A stretch of 64,000 bases of DNA, from positions 4,084,699-4,148,698 of the forward strand of contig CM082581.2 of NCBI GenBank assembly GCA_040954595.2, written 5' to 3'. The notes under the pieces are model-generated. The model ran no database searches. It was not told the origin of the DNA and was given only the letters and a program-made list of their open reading frames with translations. The DNA is from Balanoglossus misakiensis. Its lineage: Eukaryota; Animalia; Hemichordata. The first letter of the stretch is position 1; each line of letters opens with the position of its first letter. This document shows, one piece after another, positions 12,736 to 27,257 of the stretch. The translations under genes and the position numbers were made by a program.

Positions 12736-15700
12736 CTACATGCTTGTTACTTGCATATTTAGATCTACAAGAACAAAAAAATGTCATCACTCTTATTGGC
12801 TTATCTTATTAGGATTATGCAAAGATATATCAACCAATTGTAATTTTTAAAGCTTGACTTTAAGAAACCTGTCGTGTATTCAAGTTAGACTTTATCAAAC
12901 CTAAGAAGAAGCATTATGGACTTGATAGATGTGGATGTTATGATACCTGAAATTGAATACTTATGGCAGTATTGGGTTAAGGAAATGGTAGATTGTTATA
13001 TTTTCATCTTCCTGCTGAGAATTATATTTAGGTACTTTATCAAAACATGAGCCTTAGTCAATTTTAGCATAGGTATTTAACACAAATAGCAACAATAACA
13101 TTCAGCTTAGATTCATGCTGTTATCCAAAACGGGCAATTCCACCACAGTTTATCTCCACATTAGAAATTTAATTTGCCATAGCAAAGTTTATCTTTACGT
13201 GATAACTTTGGTAGAAGTTTTCCAAGAATCTGAGAAAGCGCAAAGATTGTGTCATCACCACATGAGTTGGTCACAAACTGATAATATGATATTGGCCTCA
13301 CTATGATAGACCAACGCTTAATGAAAGTTTTGATACTTACAGTTAATATGAAAGTCAGCATTAATTTTAGGGAAAGCACAAGAAAACAAGAAGAAATGTT
13401 TATTTTTATGGCGACAAAAGTTATAACTAATATACATTCGTCAAACCACAGCTCATAAAATTTTGCATTTTGTCTGAAACTGTAAAAGATCGAAATGAGT
13501 GTTGAGGGTAAATGCAAAACTGGAAATAGTGTCAAGTTAATTTTCCCAAGGAATAACAAATGTCATCAAATGTCAGGCTATAAATCAATAATGATTATTA
13601 AATAACAGTTGTGTTATTTCCCCCCGTTCATTTCTATTGATCTGTCACCCTGTCATGTTACGAAAAAAAATTGCAATGATGGATTCCACACTTAGCATGC
13701 AATATAAAGCAGACACATGACTGGCTGAAGACCAAGGCAGATTACTCTGAAATGTCGAGTCAAATGAACAACTCTTTTGTGTTTTTCCCAGAACCTTATC
13801 ATGATTAATGGGTATGGCGGTGGTGATTTTGCGAAACCCTGGATTTCATTATCGACGATAGACTCCAAGCTTTGCGCAACCCTAGACGCATTAATATGCA
13901 ATAACGGTCCCTTTTTAAAACCCTTGATAACAGTTGGAAGCTGACATCTAAGCTTTCATTAACACAGTCAAAACCGTGTCTCTAGCAGTAGGCATTTCAA
14001 CTCAACATGGATACTGCAATGATTTCTGTCTGACTTTGAGTCCTTAACTATCAATGATATAATGTTAATGTTCATCTTCTTTCTTCACTAATATTCCATA
14101 GTTTTCAATGAAGGGCAGCTGTAGTCTCAGTTTTGTATCCCAATTTATAGTGTATCTTTTGGCATTTATACCCGGTAGAAGATGTCTTACAAGATTATGA
14201 CAGTTCTGTTCAATGCATGTTTTAAATTACTTCCCGTGTTTTACTATGTTTAAATAGCCAAGCTACCAGACTGTACTACATGACCCTTTAAAATGATGAG
14301 TAGTTTGATCAAACATGACATTTATAGATATTTTATATTTATTTGGAACCCGAAATAAGCCTGTAACCTGTGATAATTAATATGCTTCTTCGACCACTAG
14401 AAAGTATTACAGTATATCAAAGTCAGTATACATGACCATCTTGAAGCAAAACATTTAACCAATGTAATTTGGTACATGTTTTTGTGTAAAAGTAGGCCTG
14501 AATAGACATCTTAAGTTCCCAGGATTAAACAACTCAGAAATTAAATAAAACGGGGGCAGAGATTCCACAAATAATACATTTGTCACCATTGTTTTGGTAA
14601 GCTGGCGTAAAATTAGGAGACTTAAACGGACATTTCACTAGCGATTACTGGAGAATTTAACACCAATTTCTGTAAAGATAGACAACAGTAGCATTCACCA
14701 AAGCTTCTTGACCATTATAGTTTGCTGCGATATGATTGGCTGTCAACACGGCTTGTTATATTGTACCACAAAGTGATTGGACAACAAGAGATTGGAAACT
14801 GTCCTTCCAGTAAAGCCTTAATCCCCCAAGCTTTTAGGGATTACAGGGTTTTTTGAATAACAGAAAATACCAGTTTGTAACAAATAGTGGAGTTGTTCCG
14901 TAAGTGGAATATTTCCCGAGCGAACCCTGACCTGTCTCGGTACGATTTGCATTTTATGAAGTCTCTGGACTGGACACTTGAGTTTAGCCAGGATTCCTAA
15001 ATCTTGTGGTTGCTGTGTGCATAGCCATGTAAACTCACGAAACTTAGGGTTTGATTGCTGTGTTTCTGTCAAGTCTAATTGTTTGCGTACTATTACCTCC
15101 TGTCATCTTTCCAAGGTTGTTAGGCATTCATTCTCAAGGATACCAACCCAACATTAAGGACAACTAGTGACAAAACAACCCCTGGAACATGAGCATAATT
15201 TCCATTTCCTTTCAAAAGGCGGCATTTAGCAAAATTTTATTACCGTCATGTGACAGTCATTGCGGTTTCTGTCATCTTTTATAGCAGGATAGGAAACTGC
15301 ATGTGCCCAGCTTTCTAACTACATTGCAATTAGAAATGGAAAATGTCAGGAAAATTCTCACAAGAAATGGAGGATAGGTGATTGTATTGCAAATCTGTTG
15401 TTTCATGATTATTCCTAAATGCTTCACAATATTGAAGAGATTTGTGTGACTTAACAACGTTTCGTAATCCTCAGAGACAAGTGCATCCCAAATGATTAAC
15501 ATAACAATGTTTAATGACCACTTGATGTAACCACGCAGGATTTGGAGAACAAAATAGCACCTTGGAGTCGGTGCTGAATTTCATGCAAAAGGAATGTTGG
15601 CAGGGCGACTGAAGCACTTCAGATTATTTGCTGTGCAGTTAGTGGCTTCCTATTGCTGTTCTGATGATCAAACACATTTGATAAGGGAGTAGTCGGTTAC

Positions 15701-17742
15701 TGGTTCATCAATCAAAAAGGTGACTTCTCACGTAGGCGTAACCAAATAGAAACTGGTTTTCGGGATCTTTGGAGCCAATTTTACACATATTTTGGGATTG
15801 GGGGGAGTTGACCCGGCTTGAAAGATTCATTTAATTGAAAAGTTCAACCTGGTTGAAAGGGACCTTGTATCTGTTTACGCATATACATGTACCATGTATT
15901 TTGTTTTATCTTGACACATTACTAGAATGTAAAATAGACAGTGTAAGATCAAACAATGGTCTTCAATTAAATTACGAAAGAGTAGTTAAGTTTTGTGGAT
16001 TTCAGTCTGTATAATGTCCATAGCCATTCATTCAAGATAGTATTTGTATCATATCTTTCCATACATTCCTGTCCTTATGGTATGTACACAGTTCACCTTT
16101 ACCATAGACTGCTTAGAACATACATGTACAAGAGTTTAGGTCACCGAAGCACACCACCTCAAAATCTCTTTCACTCTCTGACACTGTGAGTGTGTCCCGT
16201 GACCTACCAACACCGGTCAGCTCAGCCGATGACAGTTGGCAGAGATTTGAAACGAGTTCGGACCATTTATGAGGAATGACACTGATCTGCATAAAGACCA
16301 TAAGCGGTGTGCCGGTTCGCCTTTGCTTTCATCTGCTGAGAACTTTCACCTTTGAGGGATGGGGCTTTTATGCACGTCTGAGAAATGGGACTTTAGTGGT
16401 GTCAGAATGAACCATGAATGGAAAATCTCAAGGTGTTTTCAAATTCATGCCTGGCCCTTTATTCACAAATGATTACCTAGTTTCACAGTCTTTGAGGTGC
16501 TATTCATATGTAAATGTTGAGTGCATGAGAATTTGTCCAGGGTAGCAACGCTGGTTTCTTCCAGTGCAGTGGCCCCGCGCGCGTGGTCAAATCTTAGAAA
16601 GCGGAGTTTGTTCACAACACCGCGAGCACAAAAACGTTTCTAGATGCATCGCAGGCATGAGCATTATAACTGTTCTTCCCTGAGATAAATGATGAATAAC
16701 ATTGTGGGAGGAGTTCAGTTAGAGTAAATTTATCGCACTGTCAATATCCTGTTGAATGATGGCCTGGGTTGGCGAATGTAAATATACACACTGAAAATAG
16801 TGGTCATTTTGTTGTGTTTACTGTGTCCGAGTGGGGTGGGAGTGCATGGCAACACATCCGCTTCAAGTTCAACTTTTGGTGCCACTTGATCCGGCAACTG
16901 TTGAAAAAAAAAGTGTTGTGATTGTAATTCGGCCTGAGTTGATCTAATCAGATTAGCTCTGAGTGAAATAATTAGTCTGCCTAATTAGTTATCTCTGGTT
17001 GCTCTTGTTGCCATGGGTCGGCATGAGAGTATGGGGAGAGCTGAGTTCAGTAGTCTTTAGAGAAAAATACTAATCTGAGTTGAGTAGTGCATTGCTCTGG
17101 AATGTTTCATTCAAGAGCTTCACTTCCGATGCAGGTTAATATTCCACAAAGGTTGGGTGCAAAGGTCATGGACTGTACATTGTGGCCAGCCCCGTAAGAC
17201 CGCTTTGGCCTAGTGGGCTAGATAAGTGGTATCTACATAAATCACAGGGTTCCCGCTATCAGTGCATTTATCAGCCATTCAGGCTGTTTTTCCATTCATA
17301 TCGGGCCGTTCATTGATCGGGGACTGGTACCTTTTCATTGATCAGTTCATTCATAAGCCAAGAATTGTGTGGGCTGGCTATTCACCTGGCAGAATCAGGT
17401 AGCCCACTCGTCTGACATAGGTGGGCCCAGCCTATTGGCTGGCATGAGTGTTTGTCTCTCTCTCTCTCCATATCAGTCTTGTTTTTCTTTCCATGAAGGG
17501 CCATTGACGGTTTTTCACCAAGTCTTTTTTTTTCTTTAAAAGAGACTGCAGTTACGGCTTGTACTTGTCAACAGGTTACATACACGCCATGTCCAACTGC
17601 CACTCATTCAAACCACGTCCTTTTACAAAATCCACAATTCTCTGACCAGGTGAAAACCTGGGCCTGCCTGTCTGTCTGCAGACTCCAAGAGAACATGTTC
17701 AGTATAAAAAAACTTTCTTTCTGTTCCCATCCACGTCCATTG

Positions 17743-17827
17743 TAGTCTAGAATCTAGCCATATTTTTTCCACTTTACTTCCAAAACTACAAGCAAAAGCG
17801 GACAAAATACGGCTGGATACTAGACTA
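17743..17827. mobile_element. 85-bp hairpin non-autonomous DNA transposon (TAG..CTA ends, 9-bp TSD)
   Basis: ~33-bp imperfect TIRs tagtctagaatctagccatattttttccacttt / aaagcggacaaaatacggctggatactagacta; flanks cgtccattg / catccattg. Confidence 0.65.
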
Positions 17828-19145
17828 CATCCATTGGTGTAAGGGGATATTTTCCTGTGCGAGTTCATTCAACCTATTACACTGCTGGACTTTCTGATTT
17901 CTGATGATGTACCTACATCAGAGAAGGAAGCAATTGTTTCAAAGCCACATGCTGCAATTAAACGAGTCTAAGAGGGAGTCGACCGCAGAAAAGGCTGCAG
18001 TCAACCACAAATCAAAATAAGGAAATACTTTTTAGGAAGTGATTAATTGTGAAGTCACAAATTCTCACTTGGATTTCTGGACCAATTTTCCTGTCTTCCG
18101 GAAGACTACGAGACTATTTTAAGCTGTAGTTTCAACACTCTCTTTGGCCTGACCATGACATTGAGATAAATCACAAACAGCATCTAAATGTAGCCTCTGC
18201 TAAACAATGTAGTGTAATGCACATCTTCCCACACTCAAAGTACACGCTGTAGTCCAACAACACATCTGAACTTCACAAGAGACACCATAATGGAACTTTG
18301 TAGTGATGTAAGGCAGTTTGTTGCCACCTTTATCCAGCTGTTACAAGAGATCCCGCTTTTTGATTTGGATAGCATGGACAAATCACAAACATAAATAATG
18401 CCTTTTAAGATTCTAAAAGCCATTTAGGAAATGAAATAAGCTGTTCAAACAATGCATTGATGATACTACTAGTTTATGTAATGAGAAGAGTTGTGTGAAA
18501 AGTTACAACACATCCTATGTTAATGAGGGGATTAGATTGGTTTTTTCACTTTTTCAAAAAAAATCTGATATGCATAACTAATGGTGATTCATAGCTGATG
18601 ACTTGTTTGCAAAAAGTGAAGTGAATAAAAGAGAACAGGAAATGACCAGTAGCTAATCAGTACAACAGTAAACAACTGTTTGAATTAATTACTGAACAAA
18701 TTTAGAAGGTGGGTGGGTGTGTTGTTGATTCATTACCCAGCATGCATTGGATTACGACACTTGGGAACAATGGTGGACCTGAATTTTGACAATGGAAATT
18801 TATGGAGTGTCAATCCTTTGGTTTAGTAATTGTCTTTCTTCCATGTGTATTGAGATAGACAGAATGCAAATTTGGTCTACGAACACATTAGATTAGTCAA
18901 AGTGGATGGAAGAGTATAATATTAGTTCTAACAACAGGAGACTCATGGTACACTATCTAGACACTTGGCTTTATAGAATACACATCTATAGTCACAAAGT
19001 CCTAAAGTGTGCATAAGTACACTATAGTAGTTTATGTACCATGTTACTGTTCAATTCTCACAATACACTTTGTAGCTGGAAGACGTCTCAGTTTTATTTC
19101 CCAGACCCAGAACATTCAAATAAGATTTGTATATACATCAGTAGT

Positions 19146-20674
19146 TTTTAGGTCCCATTGGTATAGGCCTATATACCATGGGACCTTATGGGATGGGTTG
19201 CGTCTGTATGTATGTATGGATGGATGGATGTATGGATGTATGGATGTATGGATGTATGGATGTATGTCCGTCCACATCAAAAACTTGAAAACCGCTGCGC
19301 GTATCACCTCAATATTTGGTGTGTAGGTGCAGGCAGGGCTGTAGATGGGAGTTTGTCCAAACGAAGTTGCCAGGCCCAAAAATATGCAAATTAGCTGGGA
19401 AATTGTGAAATTGATCAAAACTCTGTAAGTCAACAACTACTGGTCAGATTGCTTTGAAAATTGGTATGCATGTACCTTATGTCAACCTCACACCGACCTG
19501 TAAGTGTTAAGTTGATATTATGGATGTTTTATTTTTTATGAATTTTTTAGTCTTTTTATTAAATTTATACCTTTACTTATACCTCTATGGTTAAGCTATG
19601 TTCACGTCTTATTGTGGAATTCTGGTCTATGCAATAGTCCTGTACAGTGACTGTTTATTGGTCAGTGAGCACAATGGGGCCAAAATAAAAGGCAAATTTT
19701 TGGGCTCACCTGTAACACCTGCTTAACACATTAATTATGTGCATACCTAATTCCGGGCTAACTAATAGGGCTAGAGGTTTCGTTCTTGTGGGACATGGAC
19801 CAGTATATGGTCAAAATTTCTTGCCCAAATTTCGGGTGACCTCAGGTGACCTTTGACCTACTTGTCTATATCTCGGCATCCAGAGCAGGTACAGACTTGG
19901 CGTTTGGAGGGTTGGGACTAAAATTGAAAAGCCAAAATATGGGTCACCTGTGACACCTGCATATCTCATTAATTATGTGCATACCTAATTCCAGGCTAAC
20001 CAATAGGGCTAAAGGTTTGGTTTTTGTTGAACATGGACCAGTATAGGGTCAAAATTTCTTGCCCAAATTTTGCATGACCTCAGGTGACCTTTGACCTACT
20101 TTTCCATATCTTGGCATCCAGAGCAGGTACAGACTTGGCGTTTGGAGGGTTGGCACTAAAATTGAAAAGCCAAAATTGGGGGTCACCTGTGACACCTGCA
20201 TATCTCATTAATTATGTGCATACCTAATTCCAGGCTAACCAATAAGGCTATAGGTTTGGTTTTTGTTGAACATGGACCAGTATAGGGTTAAAATTTCTTG
20301 CCCAAATTTTGCATGACCTCAGGTGACCTTTGACCTACTTTACCATATCTTGGCATCCAGAGCAGGTACAGACTTGGCGTTTGGAGGGTTGGCACTAAAA
20401 TTGAAAAGCCAAAATTGGGGGTCACCTGTGACACCTGCATATCTCATTAATTATGTGCATACCTTATTCCAGGCTAACCAATAAGGCTATAGGTTTGGTT
20501 TTTGTTGAACATGAACCAGTATAGGGTCAAAATTTCTTGCCTAAATTTTGCATGACCTCAGGTGACCTTTGACCTACTTTATCATATCTTGCCATCCAGA
20601 GCAGATATGCTTATTGCTATGTTGCTATGTGCTATGTCCTCAAATGGGACCACAGTGTCCTTGACGCTATTTTT
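19146..20674 (+). mobile_element. Helentron-associated non-autonomous element (HINE/DINE-1-like) with internal tandem array
   Basis: T-run, 5' subTIR ggtcccatt with nearby inverted copy atgggacc, (GTAT/GGAT)n microsatellite, ~239-bp central tandem repeats, 3' subTIR aatgggacc, short stem-loop, T-run. Confidence 0.75.
19700..20605. repeat. ~239-bp tandem repeat, ~3.8 copies
   Basis: Landmark catg(g/a)accagtata at 19794, 20032, 20271, 20510. Confidence 0.95.
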
Positions 20675-21803
20675 GATGGTGTCTTATCTGTTTTTGATGG
20701 GAGTACAGTTGTATGTACTTGACAATTTGCAGTGCTTACAGAGAAAGATTTCCGATGGGCGCATGTGTTAGAGACCGGGTGATGGATCCCATCTGTTGAG
20801 AGAGAGAGAGAGATGGAGAGAGAGAGGTAACTTGTAACCCGAAAGATCAGGGACACTCAAGGTCCGTTCCCACCCCAACTATTCAGTGAGTAAGCCAATC
20901 TGTGAAAGGCTAACTAAGTGTAAACAATTTTTAATGCTGCCGCCAGTGTGAGAGATTAGAGACAGGTCATTACACCGTTCGGTAGTGACTCCACGGTGGG
21001 TCTGAAAGGGCTGATTTCACTCCATGCAGAATGGCTACACAGAGTTTAGTGAAATTTGACTAAATCATTTAAACGACATGGACGTGAAGTCCAGTTTTGT
21101 TCAAGAGTCGATCCAACTTTCAATCTGATCGGATAACATCACTGATTCATGTAACGTAGCTTGTTTGTGCAAGTAGCAGCAGTGATGTCGCAGTGAGAAA
21201 CGTTTTATGGACTATGTGATTTCAGATTTGATGCAGTTTGTGGCCAGATGTAGTATTTCCATCGCAGATCCGCATCTGACGGAAGGCGTTTTGCACAAGC
21301 AGCTGGGGTGTTGTCTTGATGTGCGTCAGCTGAGACTGTTTGTGATAAGATAGAGCCCCAGGCGGCTGATTGCTGTTCAAATACAGATAGTACAATCATG
21401 AGAGTCAAGTTTTCAATCAAGTAAAGAAGCGTGGTGGTGGTGGTGACTGCAGTCTGTGTGTATAGACAGATGATTTGCTAATGGGATAGGGCAGCAAAAA
21501 AACAGCACGATTTCTTTGGAAACACAGTCTTGCTTTTGATCCCACCACCTTGGGAGGCATATTGGGAAAACAATGACAGCTAATCAAGGGTAGCACTATT
21601 TACCCTATCTTTTGTTTGTTGTTGTGCAAAAATCCCCTTCCCTTGGGTGTGAGTAAATTGGTCTTGTTTGTGGTGTGGGTGACAGTATTTTATTGGAGGG
21701 GATGCCTAATGATGCTAATGAAATGGCACACAGTGGGTGAGAGGAGGGCAGTATAGAATGGAATGGTGAGTAAGTACAGGGCCAATTGTGAGTGAGTGGA
21801 GGG

Positions 21804-21871
21804 CCAATCTGATTAAAATCAGATGTACGCCACACTGTAGCCAACTCTACGTCTGATTTTAATCAGATTGG
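21804..21871. repeat. 68-nt inverted repeat/hairpin
   Basis: 24-bp arms ccaatctgattaaaatcagatgta / tacgtctgattttaatcagattgg with 1 mismatch. Confidence 0.85.
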
Positions 21872-24800
21872 TGGTGGGTTTAAAGAAAGCTAGCTTTTCT
21901 TGGAAGACGCAAATGGTCCAACTACTGATCAACTCACTACCAAGCGATGCTTCTCAAATGTCAGCAAATTCTGTGTACCTGGCACTCTTGGCATATCATA
22001 TCAAACATGGCTGATGCCCAAAATATTTCTGGGAAAGAGAGACTGCTGCATATTGACTGGTATTTGCATTAAAAGGTCAGGTGCCTACATCCCAACAAAA
22101 TACCAATGCAAGATTGATACAAAACACTGAAAAAAAAACCTGATCGTTTGTCATCAGATAAAATGATCACAGAGTGGCCAAGTGGCTATATTGGTCCCCA
22201 TACAGAAATTCCACACATACATATACTAAAAAAAATCAATATTCAAGATATTCATGTCACAAGCTGATTGGATGTTTGAATGTTAGCTTGGCTTACAGAA
22301 GTATGGAAGGTTCAGACTTGGTATCTGCCATTAGAAGCTTGAAATGTCACGCCAAGAATTTCTCTGTGCGTCTCTGACAGATGCAACGGTTTTCAAATGG
22401 TAAAACACTTAGCTCCCACAAACCGATGAAAAATGGTGTGCGTTTTTTTCTCCAAGAACAGTAAACACAAGTTTGCCATTTTTCTGCCATTGTCATACAT
22501 GTAAGACAGGCAAACTTTGCATGAAAACCCCTCAAAGAATTACAGAGAAAGCAGTCATCGTTTCATCTGGCTATTTTACCCACAATGCATCATTCCGAAC
22601 TGAAACATATGATGTTTCTAGAACCAAATCAGAAAGATTAATAGTCAGAAAAATGATGATGTTTTTGTCTGCAACCTGTAACAAGTACAGTAATGCTTAC
22701 CACTCCTCACTGAGGCATTTGTATCAGAAACAAGAATGTGACCCTTTCCCGATCATTCACAGATCTTTAGACTTGGAAGTCATGACTCAAACACATGTTT
22801 GTTTAAAATTTGTCCGTCAAAAAGTACTGTTTATGATGGATCTGACATTTGTGAGTGACCTACTGCCAAACGGTTGCAGGCAGTCAACAGTATTATGTGG
22901 AAAGCCGTGTGTTTATGGAAAATAATTCAAAATTGCCGTCATATATCACTTGTCGGTGATCATTCCAATTATATGACTCTGTTAATCAAACTGAAGTATG
23001 AGTTGTCGGCAGAATTCCAGATCATGTTTTCAGTGAGAGCTAGACTTTATACTCAGATAGACTTGAAAGGTTTATCTTGCAGTGCCAGAAATGATGACCA
23101 TGAGGCAATTAAACTTTCTTTCTTGACAGTTACAACATTTGATAATTCTTTCCAAACTTGCAACATATACATATAAAGAGGGTTTTTGTTGTTGTACTAC
23201 TTTTATGTTGCTATTTTATTTGACAAGTCAGGAGTTATAAGCCAGTGACAATGGAATTATTTTCATCATGCTAATTTACCCAGTTGCTTTATTCATGAAG
23301 TCCAAATGCTGGCAGTTAGGCCTGGTGGTAACAAACATGGCCCGATTCATGTCTCATTTCACACAATTAATGAACACAAACAATGGATTGTACAAACTTC
23401 CGAGGCAGACCAGACAAGCGTTCACGCACACTTGTGCATGTATATGTGTGCGCGCATTTATATTTGGTCAAAAAATCTTGTCAGAAATCTCTTGTACAAT
23501 CGCTCAGAAATTTGGCTTTTAGGGTCGTAGAGAAGGTAACAATGCTGTGATTTTTAGACATTTCTTGTCATATTTGATCAACGAATTTATTTCTCTAGTA
23601 ACTGCTTGTCTGATTTACTCTGCCCTGGGGAGGTTTTCCTTATGAAAGAAATGTTTAGTTTTACAGAGGATGTTTTTTTTTGTACTTGTGGACTGTATTG
23701 TGACTATTGTTCACCATCTTGTCGGCAGTGATGATGCATGATGGGACTGGAGTAGAAAATTGCGCTAAACCTTGACAGTGAAACACATACATTCACAGCC
23801 GTGACACTTGATAAATGTACTTTTATTATCTCTGTGTTATTCACGGACAGGAAACGAAAACAAAGAGTGTCCCCAACTATCTGTATGTGCCCATCAAATC
23901 CACATGATGTATGTTGATGATGGATGCATAGGACGTCCTTTTCTTCCCCCTGACAGATCGATTGATGTCAAGTTGGAGTGCTCTAGTGTTGTCCTGTTGA
24001 ACAACAGTGGCACTCCTTCGGGGCTTATCCAGATTTATCATAATCTTTGATCGGCAGTTCACAGCAGACAGTCAACTTTGAAATTTGCTCATTCAGTTGT
24101 TACGTAATGCCTGCACTGCTGCTGAATTTCTCGGGGCACCACGTTCATGTTGTTTGGTAAAAGTCCGGCATCTCAGAAGGAGATAAGCCATCAACTTTAA
24201 GTAACGACAGTCGTGACAATTGTCAGAAGGACCACTGTTGGCGCGATTGGCTATTAGATCTTAAGTACCATGTCCTGTCATGCTAATTAACTTTTATTTC
24301 ATCTAATTAGTTATACTGCGTCGTTTGACCGAACTTGAAGCGCTGTAATCTGCGAGACAGCTGAGTGAAAATGGTCAAGGAGCATTTTCCAATTGAAAAT
24401 AAAGTTCAGAGTTTGGGTTAAAATTAAAAATGTCAGCAGGAAATCCTCAAAGCTGTCTTGTTCTGTCAGCATGACACAAAGAGTTGTTTGGGTGAAAGGA
24501 AGACCTCAGGATTCGGGGAAGGTAGAGCTTTAGGATAAAAAGGTTGACAGTGACACATCACATGACAACTGATGATCATTGCAACAGTCAGTATATAGTC
24601 GCAAAAAAGTTTTCTTCTGCAACGGGCAATTTGGAAAAGTCTGCTGTTTGATGAGAAAGGGCAGAAAAACGGCCGTTTCAGTTGAAGATTGAACTGCTAA
24701 CTGTCAGGGCATTCATAGTAAACGGTGCTACCACCAATGATAGATGTGTAGTAGGAGTGTCTTTCAAACCATAGATAGCAATGAAAAAGACCAGGTAGGT

Positions 24801-27076
24801 GAGGTCTTTTGTTTGCTGAGAGTCTGTAACACTTAAATGTTCATTGCGTGGCACTGATCCATGGATGGCGATGTCTGGCACTGCTTTTATAGCCCAGGGG
24901 ACGGGATTCAGATCCAGGGTTATCTGGTTCTCACAGTCTTGGAGAGCGTGATTTCAGTTTTAAATGTCGGTGTATGGGAACAAGAATGCAACTGTTTCAC
25001 AGTATGAATCATGCAGTGCTAAGATTGATGTTGGATATGAAGTTGTTTATAGAACTGGCCATTTCTCATTAGTTCTTGTGTGCATCATGTTATGTAAGTT
25101 TCAAGTACTTTCCCACTGAAATACACTATATGCAAATGAAATGAAAACCTTTTCTTTTTCACAAGTGCCTGAAAAGGCAACTGCCCATAGTTGATAACTG
25201 TTCTGTGAGTGGTACTGCTAGTTTGGTCTGGTTATTAGCTATTTAAGTGATATTGCAAGTTTTCTTCTGGTTGATAGCAGTAAAGATATTCGCAAGTTAA
25301 TTCTGATTTTATCAGATGTCTGAATCCGTGCTTCATTCTTTTTTAGTGATAAGCTTAATTTGCATGGCATAAACAGTCAGCTTACTTGACAGGAGGTACT
25401 GACCAATTCTTTGTCATGAAAGTCCATTTGGATTTTGTTTATCTACAAATAAGCTTCTAGCAAGCAGTGTGTGACTGACTATTAATGGTCTGCTCCTGTC
25501 AAATCATGATAAAAAACACCACAAGAATCATCTATAACAATGATCATCTATTTCATAAATGTTACATTATGATGGGGTATTATAAGGAAAACATAACAGA
25601 ATCTTGAATACTTCGATGGATTTACAGTTTGCAAATTGTAGTAATTTTAGCATTGAAGGTAGCACAATAACTCTCCCTAGAAGCCATCCAGCTTGCATCT
25701 TCTAATGTGAATGACCAGCAAAGGTCAATAGTGGTCACTCCAAACTGGCCAGACCAATGGCTTCGTTGACAGTAGATAAACTGAAAATGATGCCAGTTAT
25801 GTGTTAATGTATCCACCAGACAATTGCAATAATCCTCCTCTCACAGAAACATTTCCAAATGTATAACAGCCATCTTTCAAACATTCATAACGTAACCTTT
25901 GTTGGTGTCGTCCAACAAGCCATACTTACACAATTTTCTCAAAACTTCTGTTAATTTTGAAGATATTAGCATAAATCGGTATAAATTTTTAAGTCAAAGT
26001 TGCAAGTGAACGAGGAAATCGAACTTAGTATCATGTTTTTAAATTGAAAACTCATTATGTCTATAAAGAGTGAGAAAACCACAAGAGATGGTTGATTTGA
26101 CAGAGGTCAGAAGGGTCAAAGTTTCCACTTTGTGTGCTTTTATGCCGAAGCCTTCATCACTAGTCACATCAGTTTGGAGACCATGAAGTTGAACTCATCG
26201 TGTCGCAGGAAATACTTTGGTGGTCCAACGGTGCCTAAAATACAAGGGTAGAGGGTGATAATGAAATGCGCTTGGTGGATCTGGTTGCAGTTATTTCAGC
26301 AGACAGATCCGAGCGCAGTATTTATATCGATACTGCAGCGTCTGCCCTGGGTGGGTTATGCATAGTAGATGTTTCCTATACCGTATTTCCACCCCATAGT
26401 GATATTTTGCTACTTGTAGGTGATTCACATGGCATCAGTTACAATGTACTATAGTTATCCGTGTTGAGACACCGGCAGGGATGTCAAATGACCGGATAAA
26501 TATGGCAACTGGAATGTTGTCGGGGAGATGGAGTGGAAGAGATAGCAGAGTGTACTGCTTCCTGCTGTTCGGGATACTGTGACTCATGCACTGGTGCGGT
26601 ACTGGAGATGGCCTCTGTTGACAAGACAACCGGGTCAAGGGTCAAGAAGAGGGAGGAAGCATCTGGGACCAATCAGATTTTGTTTTATAGATTACTCCTC
26701 AAGCTGCATTCTCTGGAGACAGTGTTTTATACATTGGCCCGATGGCAGTCACCTCCGCGCGATAATTCATTCTAATTATATAAGAGTGGCTGGTAACACT
26801 ATCAGGCCTCTAGGCATGCTTTACGCAGGTTTTGTGTGATGTTTGAGCTCATCACGAAGTTGACCAGCTTGACCCGCTGGTAATGCACATGGCTGTAAAA
26901 TGACTCGCAGTGGAACAGATGCGTTGGACATGTCGTCCACTACCAGAGCTGCCATTTGCTGTCAGACTGTGACGTTAAGTGTAAAGATATCCGCCCCCCC
27001 CCCCGTTTCAACAATCCTTGGGGGAATTTTGTCCTTCCTGGCTTTCCAGATGTACACAGATGCACTCATCTATTTA

Positions 27077-27257
27077 CTGTAAAACGGGTTATTTTCTCGA
27101 GTGCCAAAATAAATGTGAAAATAAAAGTCGCATAAAATGTTTTTCGGCGATAACTATCCAGTAAAAATAAGAGAACATGATAATTATCCCTCGCATCACA
27201 GTTACCTCCTTTGATATCGCGAAAAATTTCCTGTCGCGAAAATTTCCCGTTTTACAG
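27077..27257. mobile_element. Tc1/mariner-type MITE (TA TSD)
   Basis: TA|CTGTAAAACGGG ... CCCGTTTTACAG|TA; CpG-rich cgcgaaaa subrepeats. Confidence 0.8.

Noticed and set aside
19700-20605. Regular repeats as a CRISPR-like array (also 12568-12735)
   Set aside because: Head-to-tail tandem units with no unique spacers, eukaryotic context, no cas genes.
22473-22925. 150-aa ORF and other longer track ORFs (13161-13559, 39469-39897, 57147-57491, 62567-62947)
   Set aside because: No recognisable domain, composition typical of random AT-rich ORFs, and no supporting splice structure.
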